This document shows, in pieces, positions 53,112-64,000 of a stretch of 64,000 nucleotides of DNA. Within the stretch, counting starts at the first letter, position 1. The number at the start of each line of letters is the position of its first letter. Source of the DNA: Perna viridis (taxonomy: Eukaryota). The stretch lies in contig CM074524.1 of assembly GCA_037379345.1 (NCBI GenBank), positions 5,677,635 to 5,741,634 of the forward strand, read 5' to 3'. The translations under genes were made by a program, and so were the position numbers. The notes beneath the pieces were generated by a model. That model ran no database searches and was not told the DNA's origin. It worked only from the letters and a program-made list of their open reading frames with translations.

Positions 53112-53511
53112 CCATACAGTAATTGACCATTTTGAGAGCATGGGAAAGAGGGGGATAGTGTTGAAATTTTGAGGGAAAAAATGTTCAAGTTATTCATTAA
53201 TTGAAAAAAACTCCCCTATTAAATAGAAATATTGATTTTGCTAAATTTTATTAAATCTAGAACAAAATGTGACCCGGATTAAACTAAATATAAAACTTTT
53301 GAGATTTTTGAAAATAAGAGCATAACTTATTTAAGTTATAGAACTATTATGCTAGGCATTGTATCGGCGCATTGTAACGTACAGCTGTGCAGGGGGTTAA
53401 CTCAAATATAGCATAACTACATGCATTTGAATAAAATTTGCATTTTTCGGTTATGGCTAAACCTTTTAAGAAATAAGCGCAAACCTGACACATGAAGATA
53501 AACTTTCAAAA

Positions 53512-54060
53512 TGAGTAATCGAGGGAACCAAGAGTCAGCGGCAATAAATATACCACGATTCAGGGATAAAGACTGGACAGGAAAACCAACATACCCAACA
53601 AGAAACATGATACAAAAACTAAAATAGCACGCGCAAACACAAAACAAAAAAAAAAGCAAATGAGCAACTCGGATTCTACTACAAACTGGTAGTTTGGACT
53701 ATGTGGTAGTATAACACCCGCCGAGTTGCTCATGACCAAGTCAAGTCCGGGGTAGACAAAAGAGGAAAGAAAATTATGACATAATGAACTAATCGGTTCT
53801 CATGGTGCAGTTGGATACACTATCCATCAGTTCGTGATGACGACCATAAAACTGCCGTATTGATGATCCGTAGTGATGACTTCAATCGTGTAACATAACC
53901 TTCTTCCGGAAGTCTAATTGTAACAAGTCTAACGGGATACAACAATTCTGCACAGCCGCAGCAAGCTATGGTATACGGTATGAGCTGTGATATGAAAACA
54001 CAGGCGCTCAATGGACCGTGCCACAGATGAAAGGACAATTAACAAAACGGAATGAAAAAG
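53512..54060 (-). mobile_element. Older Naiad-like copy, tail-to-tail with 52378-53111
   Basis: CVFISQLIPY...RLKSSLR; ATGAGCAACTCGG / CCGAGTTGCTCAT arms retained. Confidence 0.8.
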
Positions 54061-54171
54061 CAAATCGTCATATTGATAAAAACAAATTATGTCAATATTA
54101 TGAGAAAATACAGTTTTGATTTTTTAAAACTTAAATTCCGCACTTTTGGTTAAAATTCAATGCAATTACAG

Positions 54172-54648
54172 TTACGAAATGCAGTGATCATCCATGTTTA
54201 AATAATGGGAAATGTGACACCATAAGTACAGTCCTTGACCCAATCCGCGAAACGATTTGACGGATCGTTGACCGTTGACTGATTGGTCGCTGACGGATCG
54301 ATGACCGATGACCATTGACCGATCTGATCGCAGTTTTGTTATGTAAAACGAAGTAAGATCTGTTTGAAATAAAACAAAAATGTAAAATAAAAGTATAAAT
54401 TGATGTTTAAATTATTACATGGTGTAAATATGTGTAAAATTGACAAAGAAAACAACAAAAAAACCGTGAAATACAGTGACCGCTCTGTGGTCGCGTGATA
54501 CGATCATCGGTATAATGGATCGATTTGACGGATCGATGACTGACAGGAAACTGATCGGTGATGGATGACCGATAACAATTTTTGTTGCACGGATTGGTTC
54601 AGGTACTGTGTTTCTGAATGCCTGGTTACGACGGAAAACGATGTAAAG
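54172..54648 (+). pseudogene. EGF-like domain exon 2, split by a MITE
   Basis: caattaCAG|TKCSDHPCLNNGKCDTIS (54172-54228) ... CF*MPGYDGKRCK|GT (54609-54648); TGA replaces Cys5. Confidence 0.85.
54229..54608. mobile_element. Tc1/mariner-type MITE (~380 bp)
   Basis: TA|CAGTCCTTGACCCAATCCG ... CGGATTGGTTCAGGTACTG imperfect TIR; second copy at 58425-58761. Confidence 0.8.
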
Positions 54649-55444
54649 GTTTATGTGAATATTTCATTGCTATTAAGCTGATAACTGAAACGTCCTTTAA
54701 TACCCACATCAGATTGCGGATGAAAGCAATGTTTTCGTTCGTTAAAATGATCATTTTAAACATTGAACAAAATATATATGATAAATAAATTCGTCAATGG
54801 TAGGTATAGAGCGGTTTCTGTCAACCTCAACCACTCATTTCGTTTGTGATGTTTCCAACGAACATATCAAGACAGACACTATTTCCTCGGACTTTTTTTC
54901 CCATTTCTTTCAGGAAGACGTTGAATTTCCACCTGGTCAAGACTTAGGATACATAAGTCTCTCTTTATTCTCATAAAAGCAATAAACTTCCTCATTCGCT
55001 CTCATATTACAAGTTCTACCACGAGAACATATCCCCTGTCAAGCAAATCAATGGAATTGAAGCATTATCTGGCATATTTCACTCCTGTAAAGATAATTCT
55101 TTCATTTGCTCTCATTCGAATTAAAAAAATATATATTTCACACGCAAACACTTTTTTTAAATGAAAACAAGCACACAAATGATAACTTTATATTCAGTAT
55201 ATTTTCTCAAGATACATGCGATTTATATTCATGGACGCGAATATTTTCCCGGCACTCTTTGAAATTCACCCTATTTTTTTTTTGGCTTCAGAAACACCTT
55301 GCTCTGATACACCTTGCAAGAACGGCGGGAGTTGTGATGTACTAGGAGGATAATTCAAATGCCGATGTAGACATGGATTTTATGGTGTCCGATGTGAAAG
55401 TATGGGATTAAAATCAGACAGAAAGTACCGTTGTCCGCTTTTTG

Positions 55445-55702
55445 CCATGATATATCTTTCCTCCCTCCTTCGACTACACTAGACTTGACCTTTTACACTA
55501 CCGGTGTACCTGATCCATGCTCCAGTTTTTTTTAAGTGAAGTCAAGAGTTGCTCATTTAGTTTTGTTACTTCGTATTTGTTAATACATTGTTTTTTAATT
55601 TATGTTCTTTGTTGTGTGTGTCTGCTCTCAAAATCTGGTCATTGTGTCTGAATTACATTCTTCTGATTTCCGCTAAAATCTGTGTTCCCCTGATTACTCT
55701 TT
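55445..55702 (+). mobile_element. Old Naiad-like 3' UTR fragment
   Basis: GACTTGAC...CCGGTGTACCTGATCCATGCTCCAG...GAGTTGCTCATTT...TGATTACTCTT. Confidence 0.75.
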
Positions 55703-56239
55703 AACTTAGAGACTCTCTTTGTTTTACCAAATTACATGTTATACTTTCACCATTTAACTATTGTGTCATATACCTAAATTGTTAATGATTTATTTTCTTG
55801 TGTTGACTGTTTTTTTTTTCAAAAAAATGTTAAGAATCTTTCTTCTTTGGAAGTTAGAATTCAAATGTTAAACTCTATTACACAAAGTTAGCGGCTATTA
55901 TAAAAAAAAAAACAATAAATCAAAAACAGGGTATTTAATTATTTGGGAAAAAAATCTTTCACTCGGGAACGTTTGTAGATCACAAATTATTTTGAAAACA
56001 CATAGTTTGTATTTAAAAGAGAAACTTTCTGGTTTAAGGCAAGGTCTAAATACTTTAAATCACCCATTTTGTTTTCACTGTTCTCGTGTTTTTGACTTAT
56101 ATGTCTCCGTCGATTGTGTTGGGTACATTTCATATGTTTAATTGATTCCAACCCATTAATTTATTTCTGCACCTCCTTCAAACCCCACTTAAATATACAA
56201 ATTGTAGAGTAAATAAAGCAATAACTTTTCTTTTTACAA

Positions 56240-56328
56240 CCGATCAACGTTGTTCAAGCGATTGATTACAGCATGGAAGCAAGTGTTTTTACTTCAGTGC
56301 GTTTAAAAAAAGATAGTAAATTGCAAAG
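56240..56328 (+). pseudogene. C-type lectin domain exon A (disabled)
   Basis: DQRCSSD*LQHGSKCFYFSAFKKR**IAK|GTAGGT; both conserved Trp codons are stops and the acceptor reads ttacAA. Confidence 0.85.
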
Positions 56329-56768
56329 GTAGGTGTAAGATCATGAAAACGGGTTAAGTTAAAGAGTGAAATGTGTTAGTTCATACCATAAATTAGTTAT
56401 CAAAACAAAACATTACACTTTTGACCATGCAAGAAGTGTAAAAATCTTAACGAAGGTATCTAATTACAGATATGTCATAATATTCGATGAATTACAGCTT
56501 AAAAACTAACGTACCCTGAAGCCCCTTTTATATTTTTCGATTTGTTTGTAAAATCAAAACCAGAGGTAAGCATATTTCTAATAAGTAGAGAAACTATCCT
56601 GAGGCTTTTACATCAACGATACGATATAAGATAGTTAAACCTGAGTGGTACATGTACATAGATAATCAATAAACTATTACCTCGTTATATGAAAATGTCA
56701 ATAGGAGGCTTAACACAACTTGTTAGGCTAATTTAAAAAAAAACATTTTTAAATGCCTTATTCTACAG

Positions 56769-56862
56769 GAGTACTGTGAGAATCGAAATAGTATTTTAAC
56801 AGAACCTAAGACAAGAGACATAATTAACTTTGTCAAATCGGTGGCAAAGAGCAAAGATTACA
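56769..56862 (+). pseudogene. C-type lectin domain exon B
   Basis: ttctaCAG|EYCENRNSILTEPKTRDIINFVKSVAKSKDY|GTGAGT; phases 0 and 1 fit both neighbouring exons. Confidence 0.85.
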
Positions 56863-57095
56863 GTGAGTGTATATTTTAAGCAAATCTATGTAATGTTTAG
56901 TTTTTTGGTTCAGTTGAACATTTTGACACATAATACAATGCAACACATTAAAGTTATATTTTACTTACTTTTTTTCATTTATTTTTTTTTTTTTTTGTGT
57001 TTTCAGTTCTTTTTTTAAACTTTTAGTAATTGTTTTTCTGTGTACGAATTGATGTTCGTTAGATAATCTGCTTCTTATTTTCACTTTGTCATAAG

Positions 57096-57303
57096 CATTC
57101 TGGATAGGTGGAACTGACCGTCATAAGGAGGGTGAATGGATCTGGGCATCCAGTAAAACTCGTATTACGGAAACAAATTGGCATACGAAAACGAGTGTAG
57201 AGCCAAACAGTCATTTCTATAATGAAAATTGCTTGCAAATGCGCAAAGATCTAATGACGATTTTAGTTTGAAAATATTCAGCTTTGTTTGTGAAAAATAT
57301 TGA
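57096..57303 (+). pseudogene. C-type lectin domain exon C (EPN type), frameshifted
   Basis: FWIGGTDRHKEGEWIW...NW...EPN...ENCLQMRKD, then a deletion removing the W of WND; NDDFSLKIFSFVCEKY* in a shifted frame. Confidence 0.9.
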
Positions 57304-58024
57304 AACGCTCAACTCATATGAAACCATTAACTCATCAATTTGTACATGTTGCATCGGTTTACATGATGATTTTTAGAGGAAACTTACACAATGTTAGGGT
57401 TTTTGGTGTTATACTCTTTCTTGATCTAACAGTATATGTACAAATCAACCAGAAACAGCTATATGTTTTGTATTCTTATTTAAGTAATATTATGTGTGTA
57501 AATAATTGTCGAATTACATTGTATCCGTGTAAAATTATTTCACTTGATTTTATTCATTGGCTGTAATCTTTACACGTACAACTACGATAGTTTACTTTTA
57601 AGTAGAAATGTTATGTACACCTATGTACACAAATGGTGTTTAATAAAAAGGAATATTGCAGCATTGAATATCTGATATAGCCCAAAAATGTAGACTTTGT
57701 TTACTATCAAACATTTTGCTCCCATACCTTTCAGCACATTCTGGTTTACAAAGTGACACAGGTACGTTTTCTAATATTTTAAACAGATATATGAAAAACA
57801 AGAAAGACAGACCACTTATATTACTACGATTACAAAACACACTCAAAAACATATAGAAAACCAACAAAAACAGTTAACAAAATCATCAAAACAAAGCAAA
57901 AACGGAATGAAAGCAAAAAAGAGATCATTAATCGACGGGGTGAAATGGGTACTAGTAGTCCAATCATTTAATAAATTTTAGAAAAAGAATCTCATTGTAA
58001 GTTAGATACATTTAATTTATGAGA

Positions 58025-58378
58025 TCATGGACGACTCTATTCGCTACACTGCTCCATCGGATCAAATTGATACAGGGAAGATAACGTAAACTTATAGAAG
58101 GGTGTGAAAAATTCCGAACGATGTAAGAACTGTCAAATTTGCGATGCGAATTTTTGGTCGTTCTCTCCGCGGGACTCGAACTCGTACCGCTGTGACATCT
58201 ATTGCAACACCGCCTGCACAAAGTCCAGCGCCCTAGACCACTAGGACTTTGTGCAGGCGGTGTTGCCATGGATGTCGCAGTGGTACGAGTTCGAGTCCCG
58301 CGGAGGGAACAACCAAAAATTTGCATCGCAAATTTGACAGTTCTAACATCGTTGGGAATTTTTCAGACCCTTATATAT
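58025..58378. mobile_element. Fold-back (head-to-head inverted) copy of the Pol III SINE-like element
   Basis: - arm 58025-58242 and + arm 58244-58372; ~130-bp stem with a ~17-nt loop; ends in (TA)n. Confidence 0.9.
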
Positions 58379-58424
58379 ATAAATATATCAATGTGTTTAC
58401 TTAATTCTTACATCGTAAAATATA

Positions 58425-58761
58425 CAGTCCTTGAACCGATCCGCGCCACGATTTTTTGACGTATTGATGACCACTGACTGATTGATCGTTGACGGATCGA
58501 TAACCGATGACCGATCTGATCGCAATTTTGTTATGTAAAATGATGGATAATCTCTTAAAATAAAACAAATGTTAAAAAAAAGTATAAATTGATGTTCGAA
58601 TCTATTGAATTATGTAAATATGTGAACAATTGAGAAAGAAAACAAAACATGAAAACCTTAGAATACAGTGACCGCTCTGTGGACCCGTGATGCGATCACC
58701 GGTTGAATGGATTGTCGATGTCTGATCGGAATTTTTGTTACACGGAGCTGTTAAGGTACTA
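58425..58761. mobile_element. Tc1/mariner-type MITE, second copy
   Basis: TA|CAGTCCTTGAACCGATCCG...AAGGTACTA|TA; internal similarity to 54229-54608. Confidence 0.8.
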
Positions 58762-60934
58762 TACTGTGACTCATAACAAAGATGACAAATATCCAGATTG
58801 CTAAACGTGCATGTTTATTGCAATGTTGATAGTTTTTCGTAATAACGATTCCCTTTTTTCTTATTTCCGTTTACATCACGGATTGTTATTAGGAAGTCTT
58901 AAATATTTTCTATGATTTGGTCATTTTGTACACTTCTTAATGGCAGTTTTAAATACATATTAACACCAAAAACATAAGCTTGTTGGATAAAAGTCATAAA
59001 CTATGGTTAAAAACTATAGACACAAAAGGAAAGCATAAAGCGATAATGATTATGACATATACTAACAACTTGTAGTAAAATTTTTGACTTTTTTTCTGTA
59101 AAGTTGACTCTATTTTCCACTGTTTCCATAAGTATCTACATGAATACAGAAACTGCTTGCGTTGGCGTAATTATGAATAAGCTTCGCACGTTTTACTACA
59201 ACCCCTATAGACAATAACAATAAAAATAGACAGATTGACGAAATAATTCAATATTGAACTACTACATTTTATAGAATGCATGTGATGGTGATTATTGTGT
59301 CTTGTTGATGGCGATTATTGATTCTATGCATGTTACACGGGGACTTGTGCCTGGTTGTACGAGTGTTCTTCCATTGTGTTTGGAATAATTGGGTGCGACC
59401 GAATAGACAAATCTGCATTTGGTTCATTGATATAGTTCTCATTCGACACGTATTCACTTGTCGTGAAAATGGCTCTGAATGATGCTTCATCTGTAAAAAA
59501 TGTTGATGTAGACAACTGTTTTATAAACAATGTTCTGTACATGTTGTTGTCTACTTTTATTTATAACATAGATGGAAGTGATTTATCGAATGTTCACTGC
59601 GTAAAAAAGTCGACAATTCACACTGTGTAAAATTGGTAAATTCAAATTCGCAGTTTTTCCAGGCAAAACTTTACAACACGAATATCAATCCGCCGTTCAC
59701 ACAATATAAATTCATAATGAAAATTGTAATGAATAATGGAGGAAATTCATATAATTAATAGTATAATCAATTGGTTATCATAAATTACCTAATTATGATG
59801 GACGGAACAAGTTTCGCACACTCGTTATATCTAGGCATTCTTCGGCACTCGCGATCATATTTTGGTTATTCCTTTTTCCAAATTAATCATAATAGTATTA
59901 TCATTAAATTTGACATCATTAAGCAAAAAATATAATTGGAAATGACTTTTTGTCATGTCTTAAATGAAAGCAGTTTTAAACATAAACTTGAGAGTCAACA
60001 TTTTTTTAAGATAATACGTAATCATAACTATACAATTTACCTGCCGTTGAAATTTCAGGGTTGTCTTTATTACAACAAGCGCAGCATATATATTTGCAGC
60101 ATTTCCAACATCCTTTCAAGCACAAAGAAGGTAATTTGGAAATGCCTCTAAAACAATCTCCGTTGCAGCACCAATTATCGAGTATCGCTAAACCAATTAT
60201 TACCAGTAAAATAATTCCTATGATTTCAATTTCATTTCTGAAATATATTTGTTAAAAGTGTAGCACGAAAATTGTTATAATTTCATTTTATCGTCATAAA
60301 AAATAAGTTTATGAATCTGATAAACAAAATAATAAGTTATTGTTACGTTGTGATTGTTTTCTAGGTCATTAATGAGAACCCCCTTAATAGCCTCATATCC
60401 ATACGTATTTTCATATTAACCGTTATTTCATGATTTTAGTTCTTTTTTATTTAATCAAAACAAACAAACGTTGTTTGGATAATGTTTGACGGATTCCTGG
60501 TTCCTTAGACATTGTAACTTAAAGTCGACGTATGGATTATTTTAAATGTTTGCCTAAACAACTACCTAAAACACATTTCCTATTTTGAAGTCAATATTAA
60601 TGACATTTTCTACAATAAGTGGTTATACCCTCTTATAACATACAAACACTATAAAACAAATTGAACGGCATTACACGTGCAATTTTAATATACTGTATTT
60701 ACAAGCCACTATCTTCTGACGTATTATTAGAGGAGGAGTCACAAAATTCGAGGCACAACTCGTATCCAAAACTACCACAACATGTTAAGGAACAATTTGA
60801 CCAACCATCACCATATTTGAAGCACTCGTCTGCCCAAACTCTGCCTACAACCAAGAAATTGGATTATACAACTCTTGTTTTTTTTAAATAGTTGATGTGA
60901 TGGATAAAATAAAGTAACTGTGATACGTGATTCT

Positions 60935-61217
60935 TAGTTTTCCTTTCCTCGTTTGTCTACCCCGGACTTGACTTTTTATGAGCAACTCGGCGGGTGTTTC
61001 TAGAAAAGCAGAGGACGCTTACAATACCGGTGCACCTGGTCCATGCTCCCAGTTTTTAGTGGAGTCCGAGTTGCTCTTTTGATTTTGTTACTTTGTATGT
61101 ATGATTTTAGTTACTTTATGTTCTTTGTTGTGTATGTCTGTTTTCCATGTCGGGTCTTTGTCCCTGGATTATATTCTTTTGATTACCGCTATAACCTTGG
61201 TTCCCTTGATTACTCTT
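60935..61217 (+). mobile_element. Young Naiad-like 3' UTR-only insertion
   Basis: Near-identical to 52831-53111 and to the reverse complement of 4176-4443; ends TTGATTACTCTT. Confidence 0.92.
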
Positions 61218-62906
61218 ACAATTTTGACATATCCATCTCGTTTTTTGTTTAATATGATATCTAGTGTCATTAAGTACTATTTTTTCCTCAAAAAAAGCAA
61301 CAGCAAATCTAATTATTATGTTTGTTTTGTTTTGTTTAGTTTTAAACTAAAGGGTTGAAACAATAAGGAGCTTATCTATTGAAAATAAAATGACGCTTTC
61401 CAATAAAATGTTCTAACTAATGCACCAACTTACACAATGTACTACGATATTCCTCTTAAGGATTACCTTTCCCATTCGTTTTCAAATATATAGACATGCC
61501 TCTTATCTGTTCATAAGGTCAGACAATTGAATTTATTAAGTGTTTAAAAATGATTTACGGAAAGGAACAGTTTGATTCAAATTTAAAGTCCCACTCTAAA
61601 AAGGTTATTTTGTCTAATCAACAGTAAACTTTAACGGTATAAACTGTAAATCAAGTCAAAACGTGAAAAGTAGTAAATATTAGTATTGAATTCCAATGAC
61701 TTTAAGAAGAAGAAAGAAAGTAAATACAAATGATACACTTAGCAACAGTAGAAACATGTAAAACGATAATAGCCAAGAAAAATCTAAATAGGAAAGTATA
61801 AAGATATCAGTAAGACGGAATAATTAAATCAATGTTTTCCTTTTTTGTTTGGTTCTTTGTTTTTTCATTAATTTTTGGTTGACTTTAACTTGGTCTATTT
61901 TCTTTTTTGATGCAACCTATAAAATATGACAATACCAATATAAGTTCTGTCAAAATCAAAGTGTCGAGATATGCATAAAAAATCAACCGCTTGACATAGC
62001 AGTAAACATTTTATCTGTATATAAAATATATAAATTGAAAGTAGTCTTAATTGTAAAAAAGTATAAACGGTGTGCGTATACAGATGTCGGGTGAAAAAAA
62101 ATGTTTCAAACCTTTTATCATTTTTTTTTAGAATTTATGACATTGCATTATTTGTCTAAATCTTTCATTTAATAATACTTTAATTATTGCAGAACCAAAG
62201 TGGTGTAAAAATACTATTATCTGAAAACTAAATTTTCCTATCATTTCCATCTAACAGCAGATATTATTCAAAGTACCCGTATGAAGTATTGATAGATTGT
62301 AAATAATGTACCTGTTTTGTACTAAATCGTTATCTGCACAAATAAATTACAAATTGTAATAGTAATATTGATAAATGTAGACACAGTAAAGTTAAGGATT
62401 TTTTACTGACATTTTTTTTATAAAGCAAATAAATACAACCATTAAATATGAAACAATTGGTCAGCATAAACAGTAGGGTTCGGTTTCTTAAATAATCCTA
62501 AATCGAGTTTTTCCTCAAAAATATCCTTAAAATATATATTGACCGAATAAATCAATTGAAATTTAAGATATAATTGACAAGTTCGATAATTACAGTAAAA
62601 TCTCAAATTTAGTTTATGTATCTATTTTTTGTTTTCATTTTATTTTGATTTTGTTTTATTTTTGTTTTTGTTGCTTTTTATCTTGTAAAACCCAGGCTTT
62701 TTAGTTCCGTTAATGAAACATTACGTTAGTTACAGTATACATTTTACTTGTATTTTTTTTATAAGATGATTGGTTAGTCAGGTTACAATTTTCGATAAGA
62801 AGCTGCTACATGAGATTCCTATAAAAATAGTTTTCTAAAAAAAGAACATTACAAGTAAAAACAGTCTTGAAACGCACAATTGTTTTAATTACAGTTCCTT
62901 TTTTAA

Positions 62907-62982
62907 AAAGAAAAAAAAACAAAAATAAAACAAAAACAAAAACAAAAAAACAAAAACAAAAAAAAAAAACAAAACAAAACAA
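62907..62982. repeat. A-rich (AAAAC)n-like tract
   Basis: Direct inspection. Confidence 0.95.
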
Positions 62983-64000
62983 TTAATACAAGAAAACATA
63001 AACATTTATTTTTATGAATCAACAAGAATTCATTGACCGAAAATCATTCGAATAGCTTACAAATAGCATGACAATAAAAAGTACAATGCATACCATGTTT
63101 CCTATCATTAACATTAAACAACAGTGTCTCAATATAAGCAAAATCGGTCGTCAACTACCTAGAGCATATGCGCTATACTAAATTCATTCGCCCGGCTGTA
63201 TCGTGAATTCATTACCGACATTCCAAGTACTTATTTTCCGAATTGTTTTAATCGTTACATGATTATTTAAAAAAAAACATTTATTGACTGACTAGTTAAT
63301 GACATCGTTCTTTGATCATATAATACTAACGAGTCACTATTCAACAGATAAAGATGGATTTTATCACGATAAGTAATGCAATGATTTCTAAGAATCGTCC
63401 TCCAGCCAATATCAAATGGAATAACTGTCGAAGAAAAGCAAGAAATTGGTTTTTGATTTTTGATCATTCCAAACATATTTTTGCATTTTTGTAGACAAAA
63501 CTTGTTTTTACGTGCTGAGACCCACTTTTTTAGTATTTATAGCCTTATTTGGGTATAGCCTATGGTATGCTGTTTTACCCTTGTCCATGTGTCCATATTT
63601 CAATCTATAACATTTTGTCCGTCCGTCTAAATTTTTTTCCAGAAATAATTTTCTTTTTTGACATCATTGGTTTGATAGTTGAAAATTTTCTCGATTGTTT
63701 TAATCAGCAGATGCTCATAACAGCAGCTTGAAATTTTAAGCAATTCGTTCTCTAGGTATGCTGTATGGTGAAAAGTATGCTTGGATAAAAATTGAATAAC
63801 TTTCTGTCTATAAAGGTTTTTTCTTTTATTTTACTGATAGCGGGATTAAAAGCGAAGATTTCACTTGTTAGATCGCAGATTGTTTTCATGGCAGTTTGAA
63901 TGTCCATATAGGAGTAAATGCAACATATATATAACTGATTAAACACGTTATATTAATTATTAACTTTTGTTTGCTTTCATTTACATATAACTGCACTGGT

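Noticed and set aside
59269-59542. Two overlapping - strand ORFs
   Set aside because: No recognisable motif or splice support.
61043-61252. Recurrent hydrophobic ORF MLPVFSGVRVAHLL...YNLGSLDYS (also near 400, 2400, 4200 and 52900) as a membrane-protein family
   Set aside because: It is a translation of the T-rich retroelement 3' UTR, and frames and ends vary between copies.

Overview
AT-rich eukaryotic DNA with spliceosomal exons, many decayed transposons and one assembly gap. The repeat families resemble those of bivalve molluscs, probably an oyster (inference). Most ORFs in the supplied track are spurious or TE fragments. Main content: (1) A small, intron-split gene at 17897-18448 (-) encoding a 54-aa precursor (signal peptide, Cys-free cationic Arg/Gly/Pro peptide, short acidic tail). 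A diverged inverted paralogue lies at 26297-27240 (+) and further remnants lie in a complex head-to-head duplicated region at about 12.3-27.5 kb. This is the best candidate for an undescribed system, a putative linear antimicrobial or secreted peptide family. (2) More than 15 fragments of a Penelope-like retroelement whose ORF ends after the RT (Naiad-like) and whose 3' UTR forms a conserved multibranch stem. (3) A ~404-bp Pol III-type element with A/B boxes, found in tandem and fold-back copies next to microsatellites, with complementary 5' and 3' ends. (4) A decayed Polinton/Maverick (pPolB, zinc finger, integrase) at 36-47 kb; its pPolB is cleanly split by a 6.5-kb nested insertion containing a 4-kb 76/81-bp satellite with higher-order periodicity. 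(5) An EGF-EGF-C-type lectin pseudogene at 50.6-57.3 kb, with one EGF exon broken by a MITE. (6) MITEs, Helentron-like elements, and mini- and microsatellites. All calls come from manual reading; no database searches were run.
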